Assembly (NCBI GenBank): GCA_037446215.1
Contig: JBBIJB010000017.1
Location: 1 to 36,519, forward strand
Direction: 5' to 3'
Origin: Armatimonadota bacterium
Lineage (GTDB): Bacteria > Sysuimicrobiota > Sysuimicrobiia > Sysuimicrobiales > Humicultoraceae
DNA: 36,519 nt
The notes under the pieces are model-generated. The model was given only the letters and a program-made list of their open reading frames with translations. It ran no database searches and had not been told where the DNA came from. The stretch's first letter is position 1, and every line of letters begins with the position of its first letter. The translations under genes were made by a program, and so were the position numbers. Positions 9,398 to 17,596 of this stretch are shown piece by piece.

Positions 9398-11850
9398 GAA
9401 CCCTCCTCCGCCCTGCCTCCGGCCTCTCCCGTACCGCCCAGCTCCCCCTGCCCCAGGGCCAGCCCGAAGTAGTGCGGGACCGGCTGGGGTCCGGGCACGT
9501 CGGGCGCGGGCGGCGGCCCGCCCGACCTGACAGGCGGCCTCAGGCCGATGAGGTCGTCCGGCCTGACCGGCGCCCGGTTCAGCTCCCTGCCGGTGGCGTC
9601 CCGAAGCGCCGCGACCACCGCCGCGGTGGACACCACCGTGGACATCTCGCCCACGCCCTTCGCGCCGAAGGGAACGTCGGGCTCGGGCTCCTCGACCAGC
9701 ACCGACTGCACCGGCGGCATGTCGAGGATGGTCGGTATCAGGTAGTCCGTGAAGGAGGCGTTGAGGATCCTGCCCTCGCGAAGCTGCACCTCCTCCATCA
9801 ACGCCAGGCCGATGCCCATCGAGGTGCCGCCCTCTATCTGGCCCTCGACGCCCGCTGGGTTGAGCGCCCTGCCCACGTCGTGCGCGGCCGCGATGTGTAC
9901 CACCCGCGCGAGCCCGAGCTCCTCGTCCACCTCGACTACTGCCCGCTGCGCGGCGAAGCCGAAGCAGACGTGGACGTCGCCCTGGCCCCTGGCGTCCATC
10001 GGCTGCGTGCGGCGGTGGTGGTAGGTGCACTCGCCCTCGACCGGCGGATCGAGGAGATCGGCCACGGCGCAGAGGGCCTCGTCCCCTGCCAGGACCATGC
10101 CGCCCGCCAGCGCCAGCCCGTCGGCCGTGAGTCCTTCCGACTCGACGCGGCGGAGCGCCCGGCTGAGGAGCTCGTCCCTGACGGCCCTGCAGGCCATCTG
10201 CACCGCGCCCCCGGACATCATAGTCTGCCTGGAGGCCGAGGTGGATCCCGCCGAGCCCACCGCTGTGTCGGGGCGGGTCACCACCACGTGCTCGATGCCC
10301 AGCTCCTCCCGCGCGATCTGGACCAGCACCGTGTGCAGCCCCTGCCCCACCTCGGCGGCGGCGCTGTGGACCTCGGCCACCGGCCCGGCCGGCCCGCCGA
10401 AGACCCGGACGCGCGCCGCGGCCGAGTCGTCGAAGCCGCCGCTGTAGGCGATGTTCTTGTAGCCCACCGCGAACCCCACCCCGCGCCGGATCCGCTCGCC
10501 CCGCGAGACGTTTCCGGCGCCTCCGGGAAGGAATAGCGGGTCGGCGGCACCGCGCGCCGCCTCCGGGATCGGGATCTCCGCGCAGCGCCGTATCACCTCG
10601 GCCACCGGGGCGCTGCCCGTGATCACCTGCCCGGTGGGCAGGACCGACCCCTGGGAGAGCGCGTTCCTCAGTCGCATCTCCACCGGATCGATCCCCAGCG
10701 CCTTCGCCAGCTTGTCCATCTGACCCTCGTACGCGAAGCAGACCTGCGGGGCGCCGAAGCCGCGCATGGCTCCGCACGGCGGGTTGTTTGTGTATACCCG
10801 GGTACCCTCGATCAGCGCATTGGGGACCTCGTAGGGCCCGGTCGCGAAGGTGCTGGCGTTGCTTATCACCGCGGCGCCCGAGGAGGCGTAGGCGCCGCCG
10901 TCCATCAGGATCCGCGCGTAGACGCTGACGAGCTTCCCGTCGCGCGTCGCCCCGTGGCGCATCCAGATGCGGGAGGGGTGGCGGTGGACGTGCCCGAGGA
11001 ACGACTCCTCACGGCCGTAGACGATCCTGACCGGCCTCTGGGTGCTTAGCGCCAGCATGCAGGCGTGGATGTGCATGCTGACGTCCTCCCTGGCCCCGAA
11101 CGCCCCGCCCACTCCCGCCAGGTAGAGCCGGACCTTCTCCTTGGGCAGGCCGAGGCAGGGCGCGACCTGCTCCTGGTCCACGTGCAGCCACTGGGTGGCG
11201 ACGTAGAGGTCGACCCCCCCGTCGTCCGCCGGTATCGCGAGCCCGGACTCCGGTCCCAGGAATGCCTGGTCCTGCATCGCGGTCTCGTAGTACCCCTCGA
11301 TCCAGACGTCGGCCCTGGCGAGCGGGTCGCCGTGCTCAATCCGGATGTGGCGCAGCACGTTGCCGTAGTCGTGGATCCTGGGAGCGCCGGGCAGGAGCGC
11401 CTGCTCCATGTCGGTGACCGGCGGCAGCACCTCGTAGTCCACCGCGATGAGCCCGGCCGCCTCCCGCGCCACCTCGAGATCCACCGCCGCCAGGATCGCG
11501 ACCGGCTCGCCCGCGAACCTCACCCGGTCCCAGGCCAGGACCGGCTGCTCTGCGAACTCCAGCCCGAAGGTCCGGCGGCCCGGAACGTCACCGGCCAGTA
11601 GGACGGCGTGCACGCCGGCGTGCGCAGCGGCCTTCGATATGTCCACCGACCTGATCCTCGCGTGCGGGTGAGGGCTGCGCAGCGTGTGGCCCCAGAGCAT
11701 CCCATCGGCCCACAGGTCGCTCCCGAACTGGAACGCCCCCTTGACCTTCGGCACCCCGTCTATCCGGCGAACGCTCTCGCCCACGCCGCCCCCGGCCGCC
11801 TGCCTGGCCTCAGCCGGCGATTCGCGCCGCAGCCCTGCGGGCTTCAGCAT
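9385..11850 (-). CDS. pucD: Xanthine dehydrogenase molybdenum-binding subunit (PucD type)
   Basis: Motifs GVGESVRRIDG, QAFLGPE, GGAFGAREDV, GAMRGFG, LPGGAGNV...RRGVG...KNIAYSGGFDD, GSTSASRQT and PFGAKGVGE. Start is ATG 11850 (GAGGAGG SD) or GTG 11784. Confidence 0.85.
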   Translation of the reverse strand: MLKPAGLRRESPAEARQAAGGGVGESVRRIDGVPKVKGAFQFGSDLWADGMLWGHTLRSPHPHARIRSVDISKAAAHAGVHAVLLAGDVPGRRTFGLEFAEQPVLAWDRVRFAGEPVAILAAVDLEVAREAAGLIAVDYEVLPPVTDMEQALLPGAPRIHDYGNVLRHIRIEHGDPLARADVWIEGYYETAMQDQAFLGPESGLAIPADDGGVDLYVATQWLHVDQEQVAPCLGLPKEKVRLYLAGVGGAFGAREDVSMHIHACMLALSTQRPVRIVYGREESFLGHVHRHPSRIWMRHGATRDGKLVSVYARILMDGGAYASSGAAVISNASTFATGPYEVPNALIEGTRVYTNNPPCGAMRGFGAPQVCFAYEGQMDKLAKALGIDPVEMRLRNALSQGSVLPTGQVITGSAPVAEVIRRCAEIPIPEAARGAADPLFLPGGAGNVSRGERIRRGVGFAVGYKNIAYSGGFDDSAAARVRVFGGPAGPVAEVHSAAAEVGQGLHTVLVQIAREELGIEHVVVTRPDTAVGSAGSTSASRQTMMSGGAVQMACRAVRDELLSRALRRVESEGLTADGLALAGGMVLAGDEALCAVADLLDPPVEGECTYHHRRTQPMDARGQGDVHVCFGFAAQRAVVEVDEELGLARVVHIAAAHDVGRALNPAGVEGQIEGGTSMGIGLALMEEVQLREGRILNASFTDYLIPTILDMPPVQSVLVEEPEPDVPFGAKGVGEMSTVVSTAAVVAALRDATGRELNRAPVRPDDLIGLRPPVRSGGPPPAPDVPGPQPVPHYFGLALGQGELGGTGEAGGRAEEGSWSN

Positions 11851-13174
11851 TGATCCCCTCCTCGTCGGCGCCGACCAGGCGGCCGTCACGGACGACCCGC
11901 CTTCCCTCGACCAGCAGGTGGCGGGCGCGCAGCGGCGTGCAGAACAGCAGCGCCGCGACAGGGTCGGTGCCGGCGCCGGCAAGCTCGAGCCTGTCCACCC
12001 CGAACAACGCGACGTCCGCCCGCCTGCCGGCGGTGAGCGCCCCGATGTCGTCTCGCCCGAGGCAGGCGGCCCCTCCGCGGGTGGCCACCCGCAGCGCCTC
12101 CCTGCCGCTCATCATGCCTGCGCCGCCCACGCGCGCGATCAGCATCCCTGTCCTCGCCTCGGCGAGCAGGCTGCCGCCGTCGTTCGAGGCCGAGCCGTCC
12201 ACGCCGAGCCCGACCCTGACCCCGCAGTCCAGCAGGCCGCGAACCGGCGCGACGCCCGAGCCCAGCCGCAGGTTGGAGGTGGGGCACCACGCCACCCCGG
12301 TCGCGCTGCCGGCCAGCAGCCGGACGCTCGGCCAGTTGAGGTGCACGCAGTGTGCCAGCCAGACGTCGGGCCCCACCCAGCCGAGGTCCTCCAGCAGCTC
12401 TATCGGCCTCCTGCCGAACCTCTCGCGGCAGTAGGCATCCTCGTCGAGGGTTTCGGCGATATGGGTGTGCAGCCTCACCCCCAGCCTGCGTGCGAGCACG
12501 GCGGACTCCCGCATCAGCCGCTCGGTCACGGAGAACGGCGAGCACGGCGCCACCGCGATCCGCACCATCGCTCCAGCGCCAGGATCGTGGAAGCGGCGCA
12601 CCGCCTCCTCGGTCTGGGCAAGGATCACGTCGGCGTCCTGCACGATCGCGTCCGGGGGCAGCCCTCCTTGGGAGGCGCCGAGGTCCATCGAGCCGCGGCA
12701 AGGGTGGAACCGCAGCCCGATCTCGCCGGCGGCCTCTATCTCGGCCAGGAGGAGGCCGATGCCGGATGAGGGATCGCTCCTGGGGAAGATGTAGTGGTGG
12801 TCGGTGGTCGTCGAGCAGCCCGACAGCGCCAGCTCGGCCAGCCCCAGGCGGGCGCCCGCTCGCACCCACTCCTCGTCCACGCCGGCCCACACGGGGTAGA
12901 GGGCGCGCAGCCACCCGAACAGCGGCTGGTCCTGCGCCATCACCCGGGTGAGGGTCTGGTAGAGGTGGTGGTGGGCGTTGACCAGCCCGGGGAGCGCCAC
13001 GGTGCCGCCACCGTCGATCCGCTCGGTCTCGCCCGCCGCGATTCGAGGAGGCGTCCCGCGCCCGACCCAGGCGATGACCCCGTCCTCGATCAGCAGCGAG
13101 CCGCCCGGTATCTCGGTCCCGGCGTCGTCCATCGTGACGACGACCTCGCAGCCCTCGATGAGGACCCTGCTCAT
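11810..13174 (-). CDS. 8-oxoguanine deaminase-like amidohydrolase
   Basis: Motifs AHHHLYQTLTR, DHHY, RGSM, APCSPFSV (typical of this subfamily), HTHIAET, CPTSNLRLGSG and GVDGSASND. Start is ATG 13174 or GTG 13192. Confidence 0.85.
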   Translation of the reverse strand: MSRVLIEGCEVVVTMDDAGTEIPGGSLLIEDGVIAWVGRGTPPRIAAGETERIDGGGTVALPGLVNAHHHLYQTLTRVMAQDQPLFGWLRALYPVWAGVDEEWVRAGARLGLAELALSGCSTTTDHHYIFPRSDPSSGIGLLLAEIEAAGEIGLRFHPCRGSMDLGASQGGLPPDAIVQDADVILAQTEEAVRRFHDPGAGAMVRIAVAPCSPFSVTERLMRESAVLARRLGVRLHTHIAETLDEDAYCRERFGRRPIELLEDLGWVGPDVWLAHCVHLNWPSVRLLAGSATGVAWCPTSNLRLGSGVAPVRGLLDCGVRVGLGVDGSASNDGGSLLAEARTGMLIARVGGAGMMSGREALRVATRGGAACLGRDDIGALTAGRRADVALFGVDRLELAGAGTDPVAALLFCTPLRARHLLVEGRRVVRDGRLVGADEEGINAEARRAAARIAG

Positions 13175-13207
13175 CGGCTCACGCTCCGGCACAGGCCATC
13201 TTCGTCG

Positions 13208-13681
13208 CTACCCGACTTCCGGCCGCATCCGCTCGGCGGCCAACCGCACCGCGTCCAGGATCTTGGCGTACCCGGTGCACCGGCAGAGGTTCCCCGAGAG
13301 CGCCTCCCGGATCTCTGCCTCGTCGGGCCGGGGGTTACGGGCCAGCAGGTCCGTGGCCGCGACGACGAGCCCCGGCGTGCAGAAGCCGCACTGCACCGCG
13401 CCCGCCTCCAGGAACGCTTCCTGCACCGGATGCAGTCCCTCTTCGTCCGCGAGACCCTCGACGGTTCGCACCTCGCGCTCGTGCGCCTGCGCCGCCAGCA
13501 CCAGGCAGGCGCACACCACCTCGCCGTCCAGCCAGACCGAGCAGGAGCCGCACTCCCCCTGCTCGCAGGCGTTCTTTGAGCCGGGCAGGTCCAGGTGCTC
13601 GCGCAGCATGTGCAGCAGGCTGGCCCCGGGCCAGACGTCGGCCGTCCTCCATTCACCGTTGACCTTCGCGCGGATCAGCAT
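13208..13681 (-). CDS. pucE: Xanthine dehydrogenase 2Fe-2S subunit (PucE/CoxS type)
   Basis: Motifs ACEQGECGSC...C, QCGFCTPG and GNLCRCTGY. Confidence 0.9.
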   Translation of the reverse strand: MLIRAKVNGEWRTADVWPGASLLHMLREHLDLPGSKNACEQGECGSCSVWLDGEVVCACLVLAAQAHEREVRTVEGLADEEGLHPVQEAFLEAGAVQCGFCTPGLVVAATDLLARNPRPDEAEIREALSGNLCRCTGYAKILDAVRLAAERMRPEVG

Positions 13682-14580
13682 CCCTCTACCCCGGAGTCGT
13701 GGCCGGCGGCCGCACCGCTGCGCCTGTCGGCGAGCGCCCAGGCCAACGCGCGGCGGGCGAGCACCGCGCAGACGTGGCGCCTGTACGCCGCGCTGCCCCG
13801 CAGGTCGTCAATGGGCGAGGATGCGGCCGCCGCGAGCGCGCCGAACTCCTCGACCGCCGCGCCGGGCACCGGGGCGGCGGGATCGTCCCACGCCCCGGCC
13901 TCGGCCAGGGCGGACGCGGCGAGCTCCTCCGCGCGCGGCGCCCTTAGGACGGTCGGGCCCACCGAGCCCATGGAGAGCCGCACCGCCCGCCGCTCCTCGT
14001 CCACGACCAGGCACAGGCTCGCCACGGCGATCACCATCGCGTTGCGGGGGCCCACCTTCGAGAAGGAGCCGGGGCCGCGGGTCGGCCGCCACCGCGCGCC
14101 GACTATCAGCTCGTCCGGGGCGATGGCGGTCTTCTTGGGGCCGGTCAGGAAGGCGTCCCAGGGCATTCGCCTCGTGCGCCCCCCTGACCGGGCAAGCAGG
14201 ATCTCCGCGTCGTAGGCGGCGAGCGGCGCCAGCGCGTCACCCGCGGGCGAGGCCGTTCCCAGGTTCCCCCCCACGGTGCCACGGCTGCGGATCTGGGGAG
14301 ACCCCACGGCGCGCGAGGCCTGCGCCAGGGGGGCGAACTCCGCCATCTCGCGCACCACCCTCGCGTAGGTCATCCCGGCGCCGAGAAAGACCCACCCGTC
14401 CTCCCGACCCCAGCGCCGCAGCTCCTCCAGGCGGCCGAGGTCTATGATGGCGGCGGGCCTCCGCCGCCCCGAGTTCAGCTCGACCATCAGGTCGGTCCCT
14501 CCCGCGATCGGAAGCGCCTCGGGCCGATCGGATTTCATCTCGAGCGCCTCGGCCAGGGTTGCGGGTCGCAGTATCTCCAT
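13675..14580 (-). CDS. pucC: Xanthine dehydrogenase FAD-binding subunit (PucC/CoxM type)
   Basis: Motifs PIAGGTDL, QIRSRGTVGGNL, ASPAGD and PIDDLRGSAAYR. ATG 14580 is preceded by a GAGGTG SD. Confidence 0.9.
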   Translation of the reverse strand: MEILRPATLAEALEMKSDRPEALPIAGGTDLMVELNSGRRRPAAIIDLGRLEELRRWGREDGWVFLGAGMTYARVVREMAEFAPLAQASRAVGSPQIRSRGTVGGNLGTASPAGDALAPLAAYDAEILLARSGGRTRRMPWDAFLTGPKKTAIAPDELIVGARWRPTRGPGSFSKVGPRNAMVIAVASLCLVVDEERRAVRLSMGSVGPTVLRAPRAEELAASALAEAGAWDDPAAPVPGAAVEEFGALAAAASSPIDDLRGSAAYRRHVCAVLARRALAWALADRRSGAAAGHDSGVEGC

Positions 14581-14598
14581 GATCACCTCGGCGTCCTT

Positions 14599-15180
14599 CT
14601 AGGGCGCGCCGGCATCGTCCTCGCGCCTGAACACCGGCAGCACCCCTAGGTGGTGGACGCCCTCGATCTCGGCCCCCTCCAGGAGTAGCGCCGCCGTGGC
14701 GACCACGGAGCCGCCGGCCTGCTCGACGAGCTCGGCCATGGCACGGAGCGTCTCTCCGGTGCTGACGATGTCGTCGACGAGGCATACGCGCCGCTCGCGG
14801 ACCTTCAGCGCGTCGCGGCCGTCCATGAACAGCTCCTCCTCGCTCTTGGCCGTGATCGGCCTGTATCTCACCGAGAGGGGCGAGAGCATGAACGGCCTGA
14901 TCTCCTTACGGCACACCACGTAGGGCTTCATCCCCGAGTAGGCGGCGAGCGCGTGGGCGAGCGGTATCCCCTTGGTCTCGGTGGTGACGAATATCTCGCA
15001 CCCGCTAACGGCCTCTACGAGAGCGCGCGCCGCGTGGTCTATGACCTCGGTGTCGCCCAGGCTGTAGTAGTAGGCGATCCACGTGTCCGGGGCGACCTGG
15101 ATCAGCGGCAGCTTGCGCGACACGCCGGCTATCTCGAGGTCGTATGTGGGCTGCCCGCGGTACGGAACGACGTGGGCCAT
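14599..15180 (-). CDS. Type I phosphoribosyltransferase (adenine/xanthine PRT-like)
   Basis: Motifs ETKGIPLAH, VVCRK and the PRPP-binding loop LVDDIVSTGET. Confidence 0.85.
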   Translation of the reverse strand: MAHVVPYRGQPTYDLEIAGVSRKLPLIQVAPDTWIAYYYSLGDTEVIDHAARALVEAVSGCEIFVTTETKGIPLAHALAAYSGMKPYVVCRKEIRPFMLSPLSVRYRPITAKSEEELFMDGRDALKVRERRVCLVDDIVSTGETLRAMAELVEQAGGSVVATAALLLEGAEIEGVHHLGVLPVFRREDDAGAP

Positions 15181-15319
15181 CTGTGGCTCCCTCTACGGCC
15201 CGTCGGGGGCCGCCTCCCGCTACCTCTGTTTCTTCCTCGGCGCGCCCTATGCCTCCTGACCGCCGGGGGGGCCGCGCCGCCGCAGGAAAGCGCGCGGACC
15301 CCGCGGAATCACGCGCCTA

Positions 15320-17041
15320 ATGGACCTCGGGAGGCTCATCAGGGTCGCACGGGGGAAGGAGCCCGCCGACCTCCTGCTCGCCAACGCGCGCGTCGTGGAC
15401 CTCTACGGCCAGAGGGTGCTGGAGGCGGACGTCGCGGTGCTCGGCAGCCGGATCGCCGGCCTGGCCGTGGGGGGGAAGCGGGGCTCCTACGGGGCGCGGG
15501 AGGTCAGCGATCTGGGCGGCTCGTACCTCGCCCCTGGCTTCATAGACGGCCACGTGCACATCGAGAGCTCCATGGTGGGGGTGGCGGAGTTCGCGCGCGC
15601 CGTGGTCCCGCGCGGCACGACGACCGTGGTCGCCGATCCTCACGAGATCGCGAACGTGCTCGGGATGAGCGGCATCCGGTACATGCTGCAGGCGGCCAAG
15701 TACAACCCGCTGAGCGTCTACCTGATGGCCTCCTCCTGCGTTCCGGCGAGCCCCTTGGAGAGCGCTGGCGCCGAGATCTCGGCGTATGACCTCGAGGCCC
15801 TGATGCAGGACAAGTGGGTGCTGGGGCTGGCCGAGATGATGAACATGCCCGGGCTGCTGGCCGGGGACGCCGAGGTCCTGGCCAGGATAGCGGCCGCCGG
15901 CGGCAGGCCGATCGACGGCCATGCGCCCGGGATGGAGGGCCTCGACCTCAACGCCTACGTGGCCGCCGGGGTCCGCTCGGACCACGAGAGCACCACACCC
16001 GAGGAGGCCAGGGAGAAGCTGGAGCGGGGGATGGTGGTCATGGTGCGCGAGGCCACCGCCGCGAGGAACCTGGAAGCCCTGCTGCCACTCGTCACCCCCG
16101 CCAACGCCAGGAGGTTCCTGTTCGTCACAGACGACCGCACTCCCGAGCACCTGCTCCGCGAGGGCCACATCGACTCGATGGTCCGCCAGGCGATCGGGCT
16201 CGGGCTCGACCCCATGCTCGCGCTGCAGATGGCCAGCCTGAACGCCGCGGAGTACTTCGGGCTGCGCCACCTGGGGGCGGTTGCGCCGGGCCGGACCGCC
16301 GACCTCGTGGTCTTCGACGACCTGACCGCGCCGCGGCCGCGGCTGGTCTACAGGGCGGGCCGGCTCGCGGCCCGCGACGGCGAGCTGCTTCCCTACGAGC
16401 GGCCGGAGCGGCCGCCGGCGCTGCGCAGCTCGATCGACGTGCCGCGCGGCGCGCTCCGCTTCAGGATCCCGGCCTCGGGAAGCCGCATCCGTGTCATTGA
16501 GGTGGTGCCGGACCAGCTGGTGACCGGCTGCGCCGAGGCCTCCCCCGCGGTGGAGGGCGGCGAGGTCACCGCCGATGTCGGGCGCGACCTCCTGAAGCTC
16601 GCCGTCATCGAGAGGCATACCGGCAGCGGCCGGGTCGGGCTCGGCATCGTCCGGGGCTTCGGCCTGAAGCTGGGGGCGCTGGCCTCGTCGATCGCCCACG
16701 ACGCCCACAACATAGTGGTGGTGGGCACCAGCGACGAGGCGATGCGCGAGGCCGTCGAGATCGTAATCGAGATGCGGGGCGGCGTTGTGGCGGTGGCCGG
16801 CAGGGAGACGGCCCGGCTGCCGCTGCCGATCGCCGGGCTGATGTCCGAGGAGCCGATCGAGGCCGTCGCCGGCATGATGCGGGAGCTGCTGGCGATGGCG
16901 AGGCGGATGGGATGCTCCCTCGAGGACCCGTTCATGACGCTGTCGTTCATGGCCCTCTCGGTCATCCCGGAGCTCAAGCTGACCGATCGCGGCCTGGTGG
17001 ACGTGCGCAGCTTCGAGGTCGTTCCCCTCTTCCTCGACTGA
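15320..17041 (+). CDS. ade: Adenine deaminase
   Basis: 573 aa with DGHVHIESS, ADPHEIANV, LAEMMN, IDGHAP, SDHE, TDD, IERH, SSIAHDAHN and LSVIPELKLTDRGL. Confidence 0.95.
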   Translation: MDLGRLIRVARGKEPADLLLANARVVDLYGQRVLEADVAVLGSRIAGLAVGGKRGSYGAREVSDLGGSYLAPGFIDGHVHIESSMVGVAEFARAVVPRGTTTVVADPHEIANVLGMSGIRYMLQAAKYNPLSVYLMASSCVPASPLESAGAEISAYDLEALMQDKWVLGLAEMMNMPGLLAGDAEVLARIAAAGGRPIDGHAPGMEGLDLNAYVAAGVRSDHESTTPEEAREKLERGMVVMVREATAARNLEALLPLVTPANARRFLFVTDDRTPEHLLREGHIDSMVRQAIGLGLDPMLALQMASLNAAEYFGLRHLGAVAPGRTADLVVFDDLTAPRPRLVYRAGRLAARDGELLPYERPERPPALRSSIDVPRGALRFRIPASGSRIRVIEVVPDQLVTGCAEASPAVEGGEVTADVGRDLLKLAVIERHTGSGRVGLGIVRGFGLKLGALASSIAHDAHNIVVVGTSDEAMREAVEIVIEMRGGVVAVAGRETARLPLPIAGLMSEEPIEAVAGMMRELLAMARRMGCSLEDPFMTLSFMALSVIPELKLTDRGLVDVRSFEVVPLFLD

Positions 17042-17050
17042 CCGCGCCGG

Positions 17051-17221
17051 CTAGACGTCGTCGGTCATTGCCGGCTTAGGTCTCCTCCGCGCGAGCGATA
17101 TCAGGTAGGGCGCCGCAAGCGACAGCGCCGCGAGCGCGATCAGCGTCCCCGAGATCGGCCTGGTCACGAAGGTGGACCATGCTCCGTCGGCGACTGTACG
17201 TCCGTGGAACTCCCGCCCCAT
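17051..17221 (-). pseudogene. Remnant of tripartite tricarboxylate transporter TctA (last helix only), possibly fused to the first codons of tctB
   Basis: Manual translation gives MGREFHGRTVADGAWSTFVTRPISGTLIALAALSLAAPYLISLARRRPKPAMTDDV*. The (D)G-x-W-x-x-F-x-TRPIS segment matches TctA C-termini as I recall them. Confidence 0.65.
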
Positions 17222-17273
17222 GCGGACGTAGACGACTGCCGCTATCCGGTCGGCGCGCGCATTGCGCCCGCGG

Positions 17274-17576
17274 CTACCGCATGAACCCGAGGTCTACGAG
17301 CAGCCGCTGCGTCGAGTCCAGGTCCTCATCCAGGAACTTCCGCAGGCGGTCGCCCATCATCACGAACGGCGCCCACCGGGTCTCCTCCAGGATCTTCGCC
17401 CAGGACTTGCTCTTGACCATCTTGTCGAAGGTCTCTTCCCAGAACTTGAACACGTCGGCCGGGACGTCCGGGGGCAGGTAGTAGCCCCTCCAGTTGACGT
17501 AGACGAAGTCCACGCCCTGCTCCCTGGCCGTGGGGATCGGGCGCAGCGGGCAGTCCCCGGGGGCGCGACCAGGTGC
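17274..17576 (-). pseudogene. C-terminal fragment of a TctC/Bug substrate-binding protein
   Basis: The frame reads ...PIPTAREQGVDFVYVNWRGYYLPPDVPADVFKFWEETFDKMVKSKSW...LLVDLGFMR*. PTxxEQGxD...NWRG is typical of TctC. An in-frame TGA lies upstream, and there is no signal peptide or N-terminal lobe. Confidence 0.75.
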
Positions 17577-17596
17577 TCAGTGATTCCACCGGCCGC

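Noticed and set aside
6764..10777. 1337-aa ORF suggesting a giant XDH or a frameshift fusion with pucD
   Set aside because: The first 460 residues are shadow of pucD. A strong SD and GTG at 9397 define a separate gene.
6764..14580. Aerobic CO dehydrogenase (coxMSL)
   Set aside because: The active-site loop is AMRGFG, not the CoxL AYxCSFR, and the context is purine metabolism.
15181..15319. Purine riboswitch in the PRTase/ade divergent region
   Set aside because: I could not find the purine-riboswitch core or a convincing multi-stem fold by eye. An Rfam scan would be needed.
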